From assembly GCA_000165425.1 (NCBI GenBank), contig CT868663.1, forward strand, positions 124,001-188,000: a DNA stretch of 64,000 nucleotides, written 5' to 3'. The notes under the pieces were generated by a model. That model ran no database searches. It was not told the origin of the DNA and saw nothing but the letters and a program-made list of their open reading frames with translations. This DNA comes from Paramecium tetraurelia. Taxonomy: Eukaryota. Both the position numbers and the translations under genes were made by a program. Below are positions 14,207-29,108 of this stretch, piece after piece (position 1 is the first letter of the stretch; every line of letters begins with the position of its first letter).

Positions 14207-15667
14207 TCAATCTCTATCTAAATCATCGTCTGCTGTTGGATCAAACTATTTTAGTGAAATAATTTACTATTTTTGCATTTTCATTGTTCACGATATGAGA
14301 TATTAAACTTTATCCAGATTTTTTCTTTTACTCATATGATGTTTAGAATTCTGGAAAATGATACAATAGAATCTCTTCATAGAGAAGATCTAATAAAATA
14401 GGGTTGAGTTTTTACCTTTGATTTATTCTCTGGTCATTTCATATTTTTCAAATTCGAACTCTAATTAATTGACAAGTTAAGCACTTGGTTCATCTGCTTC
14501 AAAATGCAATTAAGCCAAATAAGGATGTTCTAAGGCTTGTTAAACTGTAATTCTTTGTTGGTAATCAAATGTAAGAAGTTTCCTTAATAAATCCAAAGCT
14601 TTATTTTATAATTACAAAATAATACCATTTTTAGAAGCATTTTTAAATAATTATTCTAATGGAATGCCTTATTTTGGGCCAGTTTCCTTAATGACTTTCC
14701 TTAAATTATTTTAAACTTTTTCATCTTGGAATGATTAAATGTAGGCTTCATTTGGTGTACCCAATAATTCAAAAATCAATTTCACTTATCTCTTAGCTTA
14801 ATTGATATTATTAATTAATACTTGAATCTCCTCTTAAAAATGGCTTTCTCAATAATAGTTCTGCCAAAATGCACCCAACTGACCACATATCCACTGCAGG
14901 GGTATAATTCTTGAAACTCACCAGCAATTCTGGGGCTCTATACCATCTAGTTTCAACATAATAAGTCATGATATTAGCATTATTGGATGATGTAGGATCA
15001 GCCATTGCTCTGCCTAAACCGAAATCGCAGATTTTCAGATCACAATTTCTATTTAATAATAAATTTCTTGGTTTCTAAATTAATTTTTAATAAATAGGTA
15101 CTAAATCTCTATGCAAAATTCCTGCAGTATGCAAATACTTCAATCCTCTCAAAATTTGATATAAGAATAACTAGATATGCTCATCTGTTAAGACCTAGTC
15201 ACTCTTAATTACTTGTGCTAAGTCTGTTTCTAATAATTCAGTAACCATGTAAACATCTTCAAATTCTTCTCTTGATTTTGGAAGAAGGAGAGTTTTTAAT
15301 TCGACAATCTAACTTAATCTAACAAATCTTACATTCTCATGTTTCATCAATCTAAGAATTTTTAATTCTCTCAAAGTTCTTTTTGCATAGAGTCTATGTT
15401 CAAAAGCCCTCTCAATTTTTTTTATGGCCACCTATCTATCTTTCTCTGTTTTGGCATTCTTGTCATCAGCTTATATAACACATCCATAGGCACCACTTCC
15501 AACTTTATTTATTTATGAAGATTATTACTTATTTCAACAGGAGCATAATGATCTTCAAGCATAAAAGTATGCTCTTAAAGTTAGAATTTTTTCACTTTTT
15601 ATGATTTATTCTAATATTTAGCATACAACTCGATAATCTTTTATGGCAATTTGAATTCCTATTACAT
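14207..15667 (-). CDS. MAP kinase (ERK-like) with T-Y-Y activation loop
   Basis: GSGAYG loop, [60 protein letters not shown]. Several tiny introns; ATG 15667, TGA 14207-14209. Confidence 0.95.
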
Positions 15668-16843
15668 TGTTTTTATTTTATAAAATTCTTTGTAATTTAA
15701 TTATGTATTTTATAAGCCTTAATTTATTATTACATCGAATTACTACCTTTATTCTAGAATTCAATTAATACATAATCCAAAGTTGATTATTCAGATCTAT
15801 TAAATACATTCATCACAACTTTCATATGTTTTACATAAAATCACTAATAAACTTTGAAACATTAAATTTTATAATAAATTAAAGGTGATCAATTTGATAA
15901 TCTAGTGAATACATTTAATTTCAATGGTTTATTTTATGAAATTAAATTAAGAGAGAATTATTGTTTTTTTTTAATATAATTTTTTACTTATATTCAAATT
16001 TTGATTTCTTTAAATTTAGTTATTATTAAGTGATTAGATCCTTATGCGATGGCAATTAAATGTTTGGCTTAAAGACTCTTTTAGAATCACAGCTATTTTG
16101 ATAGATAGTTGCAAAATACTGTATTGATACCAAAGATGATCCAAGCTTTCCAGAACATGATATAAAAATTATCTTCATTAAATTTTCTCAAATTTGAGGG
16201 AGTCTATCTTAATTATTTTACTTTTGGACTATAAATATGAAATTTATATAGTCTCAATTAGAATAATCATTTATGAATTTTTGGCATAAAGAAATTATTT
16301 TGTAATATATTATTATTTTACTGATATTAAATATTCTTATTAGTTTTCAATTTTTTTTGTTGTTGGAATGAATCTCATTTTGTTTTTTTAATTTCAAAGA
16401 AATGAACTAAATAAGATTCTATTCTGAACATTGATAACGTTATTAATTTCATAGATAAAAATAGTTTTATGAATTAAATGTAAATGTTTTAGTTTTTGAA
16501 GAATAATATTTATTAAATATCATTAAGATTTATCAATAAACTAATTCAATTTTTAGAATTTGTAAACTAATTTTTAAATTTTTTTCAATTTTTCACATAC
16601 TTAGTAGATCTCCAAGATAAGGAGTGGCTACATATGTGCTATATGAAGAGAATTTCTTAGAAATAAATGAAAAATAGGCTCAATTTTTAATGTTTTATAA
16701 TTTAATATAATAAATAACAAAATGCTTGGTTGATATGTTTAATTTGCTGCTAATATAATTTATGTCTCAGTCATCTAAAATTGCCTTATGCCTATGAATT
16801 TAAATAAAATTGAAATTAAAATTTGAATTGCAAATATTAATTA

Positions 16844-18312
16844 ATGATTGAATAATTCCTATTCGCACTTATACTGAGCTTGAGAGTCACGTGCAACTAA
16901 TATGAATTTAAGATAGAAATTGGTTAGTTAAAGGCTGTGCTGGAATTAAATAATGCTACAAATGTAACTTTGACTGATGAAAGCAATAAAGAATTTTGTT
17001 GGATTGAAGACGAAAAAGTTCTTTTACAAACAACATCTCTTATGAACTATCAAGATCTAGATATAATGAATAAATACTATTTTTTGTTAGCAACATAAAG
17101 TGGTCTTTGGGTTCTTATGAACGATATGATTTTAACTTAAATAACACATGATGGAACAATAATCAATTAGAAAAAAATTTAGGGGAATTACAGCCAGTTC
17201 AAAGGTTTTTATGATGAAAAAAGCGAAGACCCTATTTTTTTGGTTGATTATCAGTTATTAAATGACACTTAAATTACATTTTATCATGGAGCTATAAAAA
17301 CTTATGATGGATTTTTGTTCGTAATAAACAAATTCATATATGTTTATGATCTTTAAAATAATACAAACAAATATTTTGGATCAATAGATATAAGTAAATT
17401 TCAAAATATTATCGAGTATGATATAAAAAAGATTGATGATTTTAAATACTATTTGTATTTGATGGATTAACATTTTGGATTAAATGTATTAAAGCTATTG
17501 TTCAGATAAAATAATATCAATTCTAAAATAATATACTCAGAAGCAAATCCTTTATAAAATCCAAAATCCTTTTTTTGTAATGAATATTATAGTTGCTTTG
17601 GATTATACTATAACAATGTGTATAAGATTTTGAATTTCAGAATCAATTTCCTGGATAATAGTATATAAATTAGGGAAATATTAGAGGAAGAAAATAAAAT
17701 AATTAAAATTATAAATGTTGGAGAAATGATGTTTATTTAATCCAAAAATAACCATAAGGTGTATCTCTATAATTCTAACTAAATCTAAAATATACAAATA
17801 ATGGGATTATAATAAATCTCAGTAGTAAATTCTTCGTTGATTTACATTATTACAAATACTAAATTAATCAAATTGTAGCTATCGAGAACTCACCCTAAGA
17901 TTCTCTGCTTTTGTGATGATAATGAAGATTGCCCTTTAATATATGATTATGGGATTAATTTTAGAGATAAGACGAAGATGATGTATTTGAAATTTACAAT
18001 AGAGTTTTAAACATCAATAGAAGATCAGATGAACTAAGTTTTAGCTATTTTATTTTCAATAATCTCTTTTTTTGGAAGTAAGTATTATATCTATATTGTG
18101 TAGTTATATTATTGATTTTTTGGATTTATTCCTTAAAGACTTAAATCTTGCTGTTGGAAGGAAAAATTCAATAAGGATATTAATTTATGTAAAAAAATAA
18201 ATTGCCAATATTTCATACCCTTGAAAACCTTGCTTTTACATTTCGAGGAGGTGAAACTATGTCCAAAAGAATTTAGCAATAAGAATCTTAGGAGATTTAA
18301 GAAATTTTTTGA
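16844..18312 (+). CDS. Hypothetical single-pass membrane protein with signal peptide
   Basis: Signal-like N-terminus MIEQFLFALILSLRVTC, long open frame, and C-terminal TM VLAILFSIISFFG|IILLIFWIY spanning an intron at ~18078-18103. TGA 18310-18312. Confidence 0.7.
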
Positions 18313-19138
18313 GATATTCGTATTTGATTTTTCAATTTAACATAGAAATAAATAAGTAAGCCTTTAAAAACTAAAATAAACTTCTATAATTAAAGTCTTC
18401 CATATATTTTACTCTTATTTGTTCATTTTCAATTTATATATTTTAGAAGGGTGAAGATATTGAACCCCCCATGTTACAATTTTATTAAATTTTTTATGAT
18501 TTAGATAATTTAACTTTTTTTCTTATGTTCTTTTTCTTTTTATGCACTTAAATTTGGATGCTAAGTTTTCTATAACTAAAGGAGTTAATGCTATTTTTAG
18601 ATAAAGGAAATTTACATTTGATATAATAGTTATCTTATCTAAGATTAAATAACGAAATTGTCTTTAGAAAAGTAAGCAAAATAATATAAAATTATTAATG
18701 GTTTTAATGAAAAAATAAATTTTAATTTTCAATGAATTTAATTATTAAATAAATTATATGTGTAAGAAATTAATTAATAATTTTAATTATACATCGAATT
18801 TTAAATAAGCTGCTACCAAGTGATAAGTTGTAATTTTTTAAACACATTTTTAAAAAACGAAAATCCATATTTTCGAATATCATATGAATTATAAATTATT
18901 TAATATTTGCCTTTCTTATTTATTGTTATTTGATTTATAAAATTATTAATAATTAATTTCAGGTCATCTTATTAAGTTAAAATGTCTTTGATTGAATATG
19001 ATTCTTCTTCTTAAAAAATGAATTTTCACTATACATGATAGGCGGTAAAACTTGCTCTACTAAATTTTGCGTTATTTGATAATTTTTCATTTTTAAAAAG
19101 AAAATCTTTCCTTCTTTTTTTCATTAATAAACATTCTG

Positions 19139-20423
19139 ATGTATTGTACAAGAAAACATCTCCTTTTTGATAAAAGCTATATTATCACATTAAATCAAGA
19201 TAGCATGAATATAGGAGAAGTAATTTAATGATTATTAACTCAGTCTACCTAACATACGAAGTATACAATTGCTTTGAAACTATAAACTGTAATTGATTGG
19301 AAGATCTCCTAAGAAGATTTCTAATTGGTAGCATTTTGTATAGACTGGAAAAATAAACAGAAATACTTTTATGCTGACCAAAGTGTCCTTCTCAGAGTCA
19401 AGAATTATCTGGCTGGAAGAGTAATTTTTAAAAACATAGATTATTTCTACAAATAAGTAGGAAAAATAGAGACCAGAGAATTAAGTTCGGTAATTTAATC
19501 TTATTTATTAGTTGATAGGTATATACTATCTAAGGATTGGATAATAATGTTGTTTACGTGTGCAAAGAGTTGAATCGATAGAAATTGTACTCCTACGAAG
19601 TACGATTATATTCAAATCTTAGTTATTTCAAAATGAAGTTGAAACTTTGGGACAATTGACCCATCAAAACATCGTAAAATTGATAGAAGCCTATACCAAA
19701 GAAACTTCATATTTAATAGTATTAGAATTTTTAAAAGGCGGAACTCTTAGCCAATGCCTGAAATATTGTAGGATGTCTATAATGGAAATAGAAATAATAA
19801 CGAGAGTACAATTGTTTTAATGAATTTAGTAAATTTTAGAGGCACTTTGTTATTTACACGAAAGAGGGTTTGTTCATAGGGACATAAAGCCTGAAAACAT
19901 ACTTTTTTGTGAATTGGGATAATTTTGCCATCTTAAGCTTATTGATTTTGGAATCTCATGCAAGATTAAGGATTTATCAGAGGATTTATAAATGACTTTT
20001 GGAACTCCTGGTTATATAGCACCTGAGATTCTATAGAGAAAAAATAGAAGAAAGATATCACAAAAAATAGATGTTTTTAGCTGTGGAGCCATAATTTATT
20101 ACATGTAAGTGTGATATTTATTAGTAAGGTTAACAGGAGCAAAATTAATATTTGGAATAAACTAGTAAGAACTATGTTAAAACAATAAGGTTTATACTTT
20201 AAATTATCAAATTCTTTAAAATGTAAAGTAAAAAAATTTCAGGGATTTATTATCAAAAATGATCACTGAAGATCCAGATTAAAGAATTGATGCAAGACAA
20301 GCTTTAAATTATTTAAAATTAATGAGCATCCCAACAAACACTTCCCTTTCTATTTCATTGCAATCTTCCCAAGATCATATTCAAGAGTTACCAAACTTTA
20401 AAAAATTGATTGCAAAAAATTGA
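19139..20423 (+). CDS. CAMK-group-like Ser/Thr kinase lacking a Gly-rich loop
   Basis: N-terminus MYCTRKHLLFDKSY; HQNIVKL, HRDIKPENIL, IDFG, GTPGYIAPE, DVFSCG. No GxGxxG visible. Several tiny introns; start approximate. Confidence 0.85.
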
Positions 20424-20775
20424 CTATAAAATCTAATTATTAATTATATTTCTGTAACTACATTCAAGGTTAAATTCCAAATTAAGTTACTTTACTCTTA
20501 AGCTTATGGACATAAATTTCATGTTAATCATTTATTAACAATTGGAGTTGATGATGAGTTTAAAATAATTTTCTATTTATGATATTAATAATTATAAATT
20601 TGAAGCTCTATGTACATATGAAATTTTCTTAAACTAATTTCTTCTCAACTTTCTATTTATTTGGGGTGTTGTTTTGAATGCAAATGAAGTCAATATCATT
20701 TCAAATTCGATGGATGTTAATTTATTATTAAATTGAAAATAATTGAGAATTATATAGTTTATATTAATTTATATC

Positions 20776-22100
20776 ATGATGTGCAAAAGTAAGCATTTTT
20801 TCAGAGATACTGAATATTTCATATACGAAAAAGAGAACTCTATTCAAATAGGGAAGGTAAGCATCAACTAAAATCATTAGAATGAACAATAAATAAAATA
20901 CAAAATCTAATTAGAATTGACAACGATAATTACATGGGTTTATGGTGACAGAAATTAATTCATCGGATTCAAGTTTAAATGGAAGTAGAAAATGAAAACA
21001 ATGGTTGTGAATTATCAAAATTGTTTACGACTGAAAAGCATATTCGATGGAAAAGTCTCCTATAGCAATCTTGTCAAAATGTTTAATAAAGTAAAATAAA
21101 TTCGATAGCACTCTCAAAACACAGTAACATATATGATAGTTATAAACGTACTTGTAGATTATACTAGTTCATAGTTGTATAGATTAGAGACCTTACCAAA
21201 TGAAAGTGACACCAAATAGCATTAATTACAACATGCTTGTATCAATTTAAATCATAACTAAGGATTTTATGATAGAATTGGAAGTCTTAAACCTTAAACA
21301 CAAAAACATGATAGCAATTTCGGAGTATTTTGTTGAAAACGATAAATTTTACATTATTTTTGAGTACCTGGAAGGAAGGAGTTTAAGGGAGAGAATGAAC
21401 TCACAATACAAGATGAAAAAGGAGGAAGTAATAGTTGTCTTAAAAGTAATAATATTATCTAAATTACCAAAGCAACTTCTGAGTCTGCTAATTGCATTGC
21501 ATAGAAGAGGGTTCATATGTAGAGACCTATCTTAAGATAACATATTTATCTAAAAGGATGGTCGAATAGTTGTAACTGAATTTGGACAAATTACAAAATT
21601 GGGGGAAATTCTGAGAACTAAAAGAGGTACAAAAGATATTGATTTATTGAATGAATATATGTTCCCCAATAATTTAGAAGGCAATTAAAATAACGAGGAG
21701 TTTGATAGATAATTTTGGTTTGCTTAAGATGTGTATTGTTTAGGTGAACTTCTTCATGAAATGTAACACCATTTTTATATGTATTAGGTTAACTGGTAAG
21801 AGTCTCTAAAAAACAATCTTTGATAAATATACTATCTTCCAGTCTAGTTAGAATACTATGTCGACTTTAAGAAGGAAATTTGGACTTCGAAAATTATTAG
21901 ATAGAATGCTAGAACCTGATCCCAAGCTTAGAATATCAGCATAATAAGCCTAAAACTTTATAAAGGACATGGAATTCGGCGATGATTCGTTTGTGGACTT
22001 TTCTGATTAGGAGGAAAGAAACAATTTCTAGGAAGTTTACTAATTTATTTCAAAAGTGTGTCTTTAGAATCTCTGATTTAGATTATAAACTTAATAATTT
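20776..22100 (+). CDS. Pseudokinase, tandem paralog of the preceding kinase
   Basis: Similar N-terminus (MMCKSKHFFRDTEY) and first-intron position. Catalytic loop is CRDLSQDNI and DFG is replaced by EFG. 3' end uncertain. Confidence 0.7.
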
Positions 22101-22194
22101 TGATATTGTAATGCAAAATGTTAACATACAATTTTAGATGATTAGATATAATTAAATATTATTATATGATGAATATTGTACTAAAATAAGATGA

Positions 22195-22878
22195 TCATGA
22201 TCTGTAGAGGTTGGGTCTTTTAGCTTTGAATACTGTTCTGAATTTTTTGTGGCTGGCTCTTGGAACGGTTTTGACAATTGGGAATTTGATTGAATCACCC
22301 TAACCTTATTATCATATGATACTCTATATTGGTTGGTTTTTCCTCTCTTGATATCAGCACTCTTAGTTAATACTGAAGTTCTGAGGATGTGAATAGTTTA
22401 TGGTTGGGCTCTGTGATTTCCGGCCATTTCTTGATCTAAAGGAGGATATTATGCTATAATTTACATAATTGTGAGACTGCTCCATTTAATGTTGTGTCTC
22501 TGAATTCTTTATACATATTGTGGATAGTTGTTCTTGATTAGTATTTGAGTACAATTCCGTAGGTCTTGACATTTGTGTCTCTTCTTTCAAACAATTCTTA
22601 AACTGCTAAGATCTAACCATGTGATGGTCTAAGCTTATTCAATCTTCTCAAATTCCACCTAACCATTGTTTTATGCAATATACCAGAATCTGCTTTTTGC
22701 AGCAACTGTATTTCTAGCAAAGATTCTCATGCTGATAACCTTTGGATTTGGATCTTCCTTTGATGGGAGTCTTCTTCCAGAAACCAAATATTATCTGGTC
22801 TACACAAAAATTGCTTTAATATTGTACCTTCATTTGGAGTGAGTTATCTTATGGATCTTGAGCAGAGTTTTTAACCAT
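22195..22878 (-). CDS. RPL18A: 60S ribosomal protein L18a (eL20)
   Basis: [38 protein letters not shown]...[11 protein letters not shown]...QEMAGNHRA...RPNLYRS*; tiny introns. Confidence 0.96.
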
Positions 22879-22921
22879 TTTGTTTATATTTTAAAAAAAG
22901 ATTTAATTTATCAAGTAATTA

Positions 22922-24393
22922 TCATAAACAATAGAATGCATAATTTGCTTTATTGATATTATTCTAAAAGTTCGGTAAACTATTTTTCATAAAATGATCA
23001 ATTAGTTGAACAGTTTCTTAATGCCTGTAAAACTTATCATTTTCATGATTTCTAAACATTTCAATGTTTCTCATTATAGTATCACCCACAACAAAATGCA
23101 TATTCGCAATCTTAATTTTTGAATTGCTTTTGATGTACTCCACGATTTCATTTCTCATTCTAATCATATATCATTACATCATCTTACTTCTCTGCTCTTT
23201 CTTCAGGACTGACTGGACAAACACTTAAATGTTATTTTTTAAAGTGTTGCTTGGATTTAATCTTTTGATCATTTAAATATTTCAATTGTTTAATTCTCGT
23301 CTAAATCAATTACATATCCAAATTAGATTTTTCAATCATCTCCTTCAAATTCACTTTTTGTAAATCTTGAGTCTGATTGTTTCTAAAGATCTCCTGCAAT
23401 CTTTGATATACAATTTGAAGATCTGCAGGAGCATTAATAAATAAATGAAACAATCTAGTGTTTTCATCATCAATTAATAATATCTTGTTGATGTAATTAT
23501 CAATTTCATAGATATTTGATGGATCAGAATATATGACATCGACATAGTAGTAATTCATTATTTTATTTTAGACTTTAAAGAGATTTGGAATCTTCGAAAT
23601 GTTGACCCATAAATTATTTCTGTTTAACGCACTGCTAAGTGTTTCTTTGGAATGATAGTTTCTGGTTGAATATATACAATCAAACCAATCGATTTAAGTA
23701 TTGTGCAAAGAATTGAGCTTCTGATTTGGATTCAATTGTAGAATTAATATGGATTCAGTCCTAATTTTCATAATCAATTGCTTGTTGTTTTAGGGTTTAA
23801 TTTAAGGATTTTAGAGGGGGTTAATAAAGTAATGACTATTGTATTCCCCAAATAACTATCATAATATTTAAGTATACAAGATTATAACTTAATATGCAAA
23901 TCTTATTGAATTAATTCAAATTTCTGAAACCTTTATATAAAATGTAAACATCCTCAGCCTCTATATTCAAATTAATAGTCTCAAATTAAAGGCAATTTGA
24001 ATTACTCTATCTAATTCAACAACTTTACTTTCTTTCGGATTCCAAATTGGACGGTGAAGTTTAAACATGCATTAATTTCCTAAATTGTTATTTTGGTCTA
24101 GGAATGAAATTTGGCCTTTTGATTATTATTTTTGTTGGTTTTGATATTTATGGCAATTCTGTGACCTCATTTACCGAAAAGGTTCTACTAGAGATTCCTT
24201 TTACTTCACTTTTATTTTAGGAGTATTTTTATTTTGACTAATAGGAAATCCTTGAATGTCTGGTGGCTGAAGTGGTATTAATAATGGTCTTACAAGTTGA
24301 ATAATTTCTAATTGGGGCATTCTTCGTTATCAACATTCCTGATAATCGATCTTGTATATTCGGGTATTATTTTTATTTTGAAATGCTCAACAT
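22922..24393 (-). CDS. Hypothetical protein
   Basis: ATG 24393 (MLSISKQKQYPNIQDRLSG). Long code-6 frame that includes the 23310-23558 track ORF and ends ANYAFYCL*. One junction near 24010 is not fully resolved. Confidence 0.6.
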
Positions 24394-24831
24394 ATTTAAT
24401 TAATAAATGGAATGCAAATTATTAATGTCAAATAAATGTATACAATTTAATTTACATTTAAAAAATAAGTATATTAAATAGTCACTCTTGTCTGCATACA
24501 GGAAAAGCATTAGATTTTAATTAACCATGCGAAAAATAGCAAAGTAAGATTTCGGGTGTTGCAATAATTATACTTAATTTGTTTCAAGAATTTTAAACAA
24601 TTAAAAAATGAAATAAAATAGTTAAAAGCAGATGTTGTGTTTATAATGAGAGAGAATGATTATTTTCATCCGCACAGTGATGTTAGAAATATATATAAAA
24701 TTCTTAAACAAAGTATTAATTAATTAAGATCGTAATTCAAAAAAGATTCAATTAATAGTGGTTATATGATACATGTTAATAACATTGTTATAAAATGATA
24801 ATAATTAAATAAGTTACTAACATATCCAAAA

Positions 24832-26906
<2,075 letters not shown>

Positions 26907-27361
26907 AAAGTTTGTATTAAAGCTAAAATGATATTATTTTATAAGCACAATTATTAATAACTCTGAGCTTCATATATATTATTTCTTGAATTCCAACATC
27001 AATACCTGTGGATATTACTTTTAATTATTTTTTACTTATACATTTAATATTTAAAACTATTTATTTAATGAAGGTATTTAATTGCCTATAAAATAAATAA
27101 AACTAATAGTTACATATAATCGATATAAACTAGGCTATTTGATTTATATTTTTATTTAATATTTTATTGAAAGTAATTCAATCATAAATAAATGACAATC
27201 CAAGTAGAAATTAGTTTATTGTGAAAATAATTACTACCTATACACTACAAATTCCATATCATTCTCATAAAATAAAAGAGGTTTCATCTAGAATGATTTA
27301 CTTTTATCTGAAAAACAATTTTAATAAATAGAATAGCAATTTAATATTATGATAATGGTAA

Positions 27362-28478
27362 TCATTTTTTTGCTTTTTTCTTCTTTTTCGATTTTTTTTT
27401 CTTATTCTTTCTTCTCTTTCTTTTTTTTGTAACTTTTTTGATTTCTTCAAGAATTGCATTTTATATTTCTATTGGAACTTCTAGTCTGCAAACAGTTTTG
27501 TACATTTTGATACACTCTAAGAATTTCTTAGCAGCTATTATATTAAGGCTATCATTACAATCATCATATAAAGCATTTCCTCTAAAGTCATAAACCTAAA
27601 TTGAACTATTTTTGGTTAAGACTTCACATATTTTTTCAATAAGTGGGACATCTTCAGATTCTCCAAACTGATTATTTGCAATATTTAATTCCTCCAACCA
27701 TTCATTAGTTTCCAAGGACCGAAACAATTAATAGACACTTAAAATGAATTAATTAAATACCCTTGATTTCTTAAATAATTTCCCTCTAAAAATAAATATC
27801 TTAAATCGCAATCGACAAAAGAGAGAATGTCCTATAGATATTTAACACTTTCTAAATCCAATCTACAATAATTGAGCGAAAGCTTTCTGATTGTTGCTAA
27901 AAAATAATTAACTTATGTTATTACTATTCATCTCCAATCCCTTGCTTAGTTCTTTCATTCCTTCACAACCAATGTAATTAAAGTCAAGAATAAGTTCCTA
28001 CAAGGGAACTTTAAAAGCAGGTGATAGGGCGTAACCGAGATAAGAGCAACCTTGCGGAGTGATTTCATTTTCTGTCAAATCCAAGACTTTAGTATTTTGA
28101 GCTTTTTATATATAATTTGCCAAATATTTGACACCTTCATTATTATTGAGTCCCAGACCTGCTTTGACTAACCAAATATTGGCCAAATGCTTATAACTAA
28201 TTTTGAATTTAATAAATACTTTAGATCCATTAATGCTTCGAAAATACCTCTAATTGCATTAGGCCCTATTTCCTCAATGATGTGAAGCTAAATTTTGTAT
28301 TATTATTTACAGTCGTTAGATGTTCTTGATTTTCTATTGCTTATGCAACTGCTTAAACAAATATTTTATTTTATGCCACCCCAAGACTTTAAATCTTCCT
28401 GTTGTAAAACCTCATGATTTGGGTTGTGGATTCATCATTGTCTTCTCCTTTTTTTCCTTTCTTGCCCTTTTTGGACAT
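27362..28478 (-). CDS. RNI-like leucine-rich repeat protein with Lys-rich termini
   Basis: Start MSKKGKKGKKGEDND; LRRs VLDLTENEITPQG, LILDFNYIGCEG, LEELNIANNQFG, YDFRGN; Lys-rich tail ending KKKKSKK*. Confidence 0.85.
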
Positions 28479-29108
28479 GAAATAAATATAAAGGCAATTT
28501 AATAAATAAATTATATATATTAATTCTTGATCTAGTTCTCTTAACTATTCTGAGATGTCATGGCTATTATTTTGAGAAATTATATATCATATGCCAAACG
28601 TAAACTTATAAATAATATATTCATTAAAATTATCAATCAATCAATGGTTTTGAATGAACTTTTTATAACTAACCTTTTCTCATCTTAATTAAATTATATC
28701 ATAAACCTTTTAATTGAAATTTCTTATTTTATTAATCGCCTTTGATTTATTAGATGCCATTTTGAACATCTAGAATACTTCTTAAATATAAATCTCAAAG
28801 ATTTTCATTTAATAAATAGAGAAGCAAAAAGCAAAAATAATTCTACAATAAAAAACACTAATCAATTTTTCCTTCTATTTTAGGAGGAATAGAATTAAAT
28901 AAATCTGTATCAAAAAATAAAAAGTGAATTAATATCAAGTAAAGTTTCTAATGTTCCGTAATTTTTGATATGTATTTTATAGTCAATTATATTATCTATG
29001 AACAGGAATTGATACAAATTTCCAGCTAGATAGATAAATTGAATAAAACTAAATAATACTTAAAAGTACTATGGACAAATATCTAATTAAATAAAAAAGA
29101 TATCTAAA

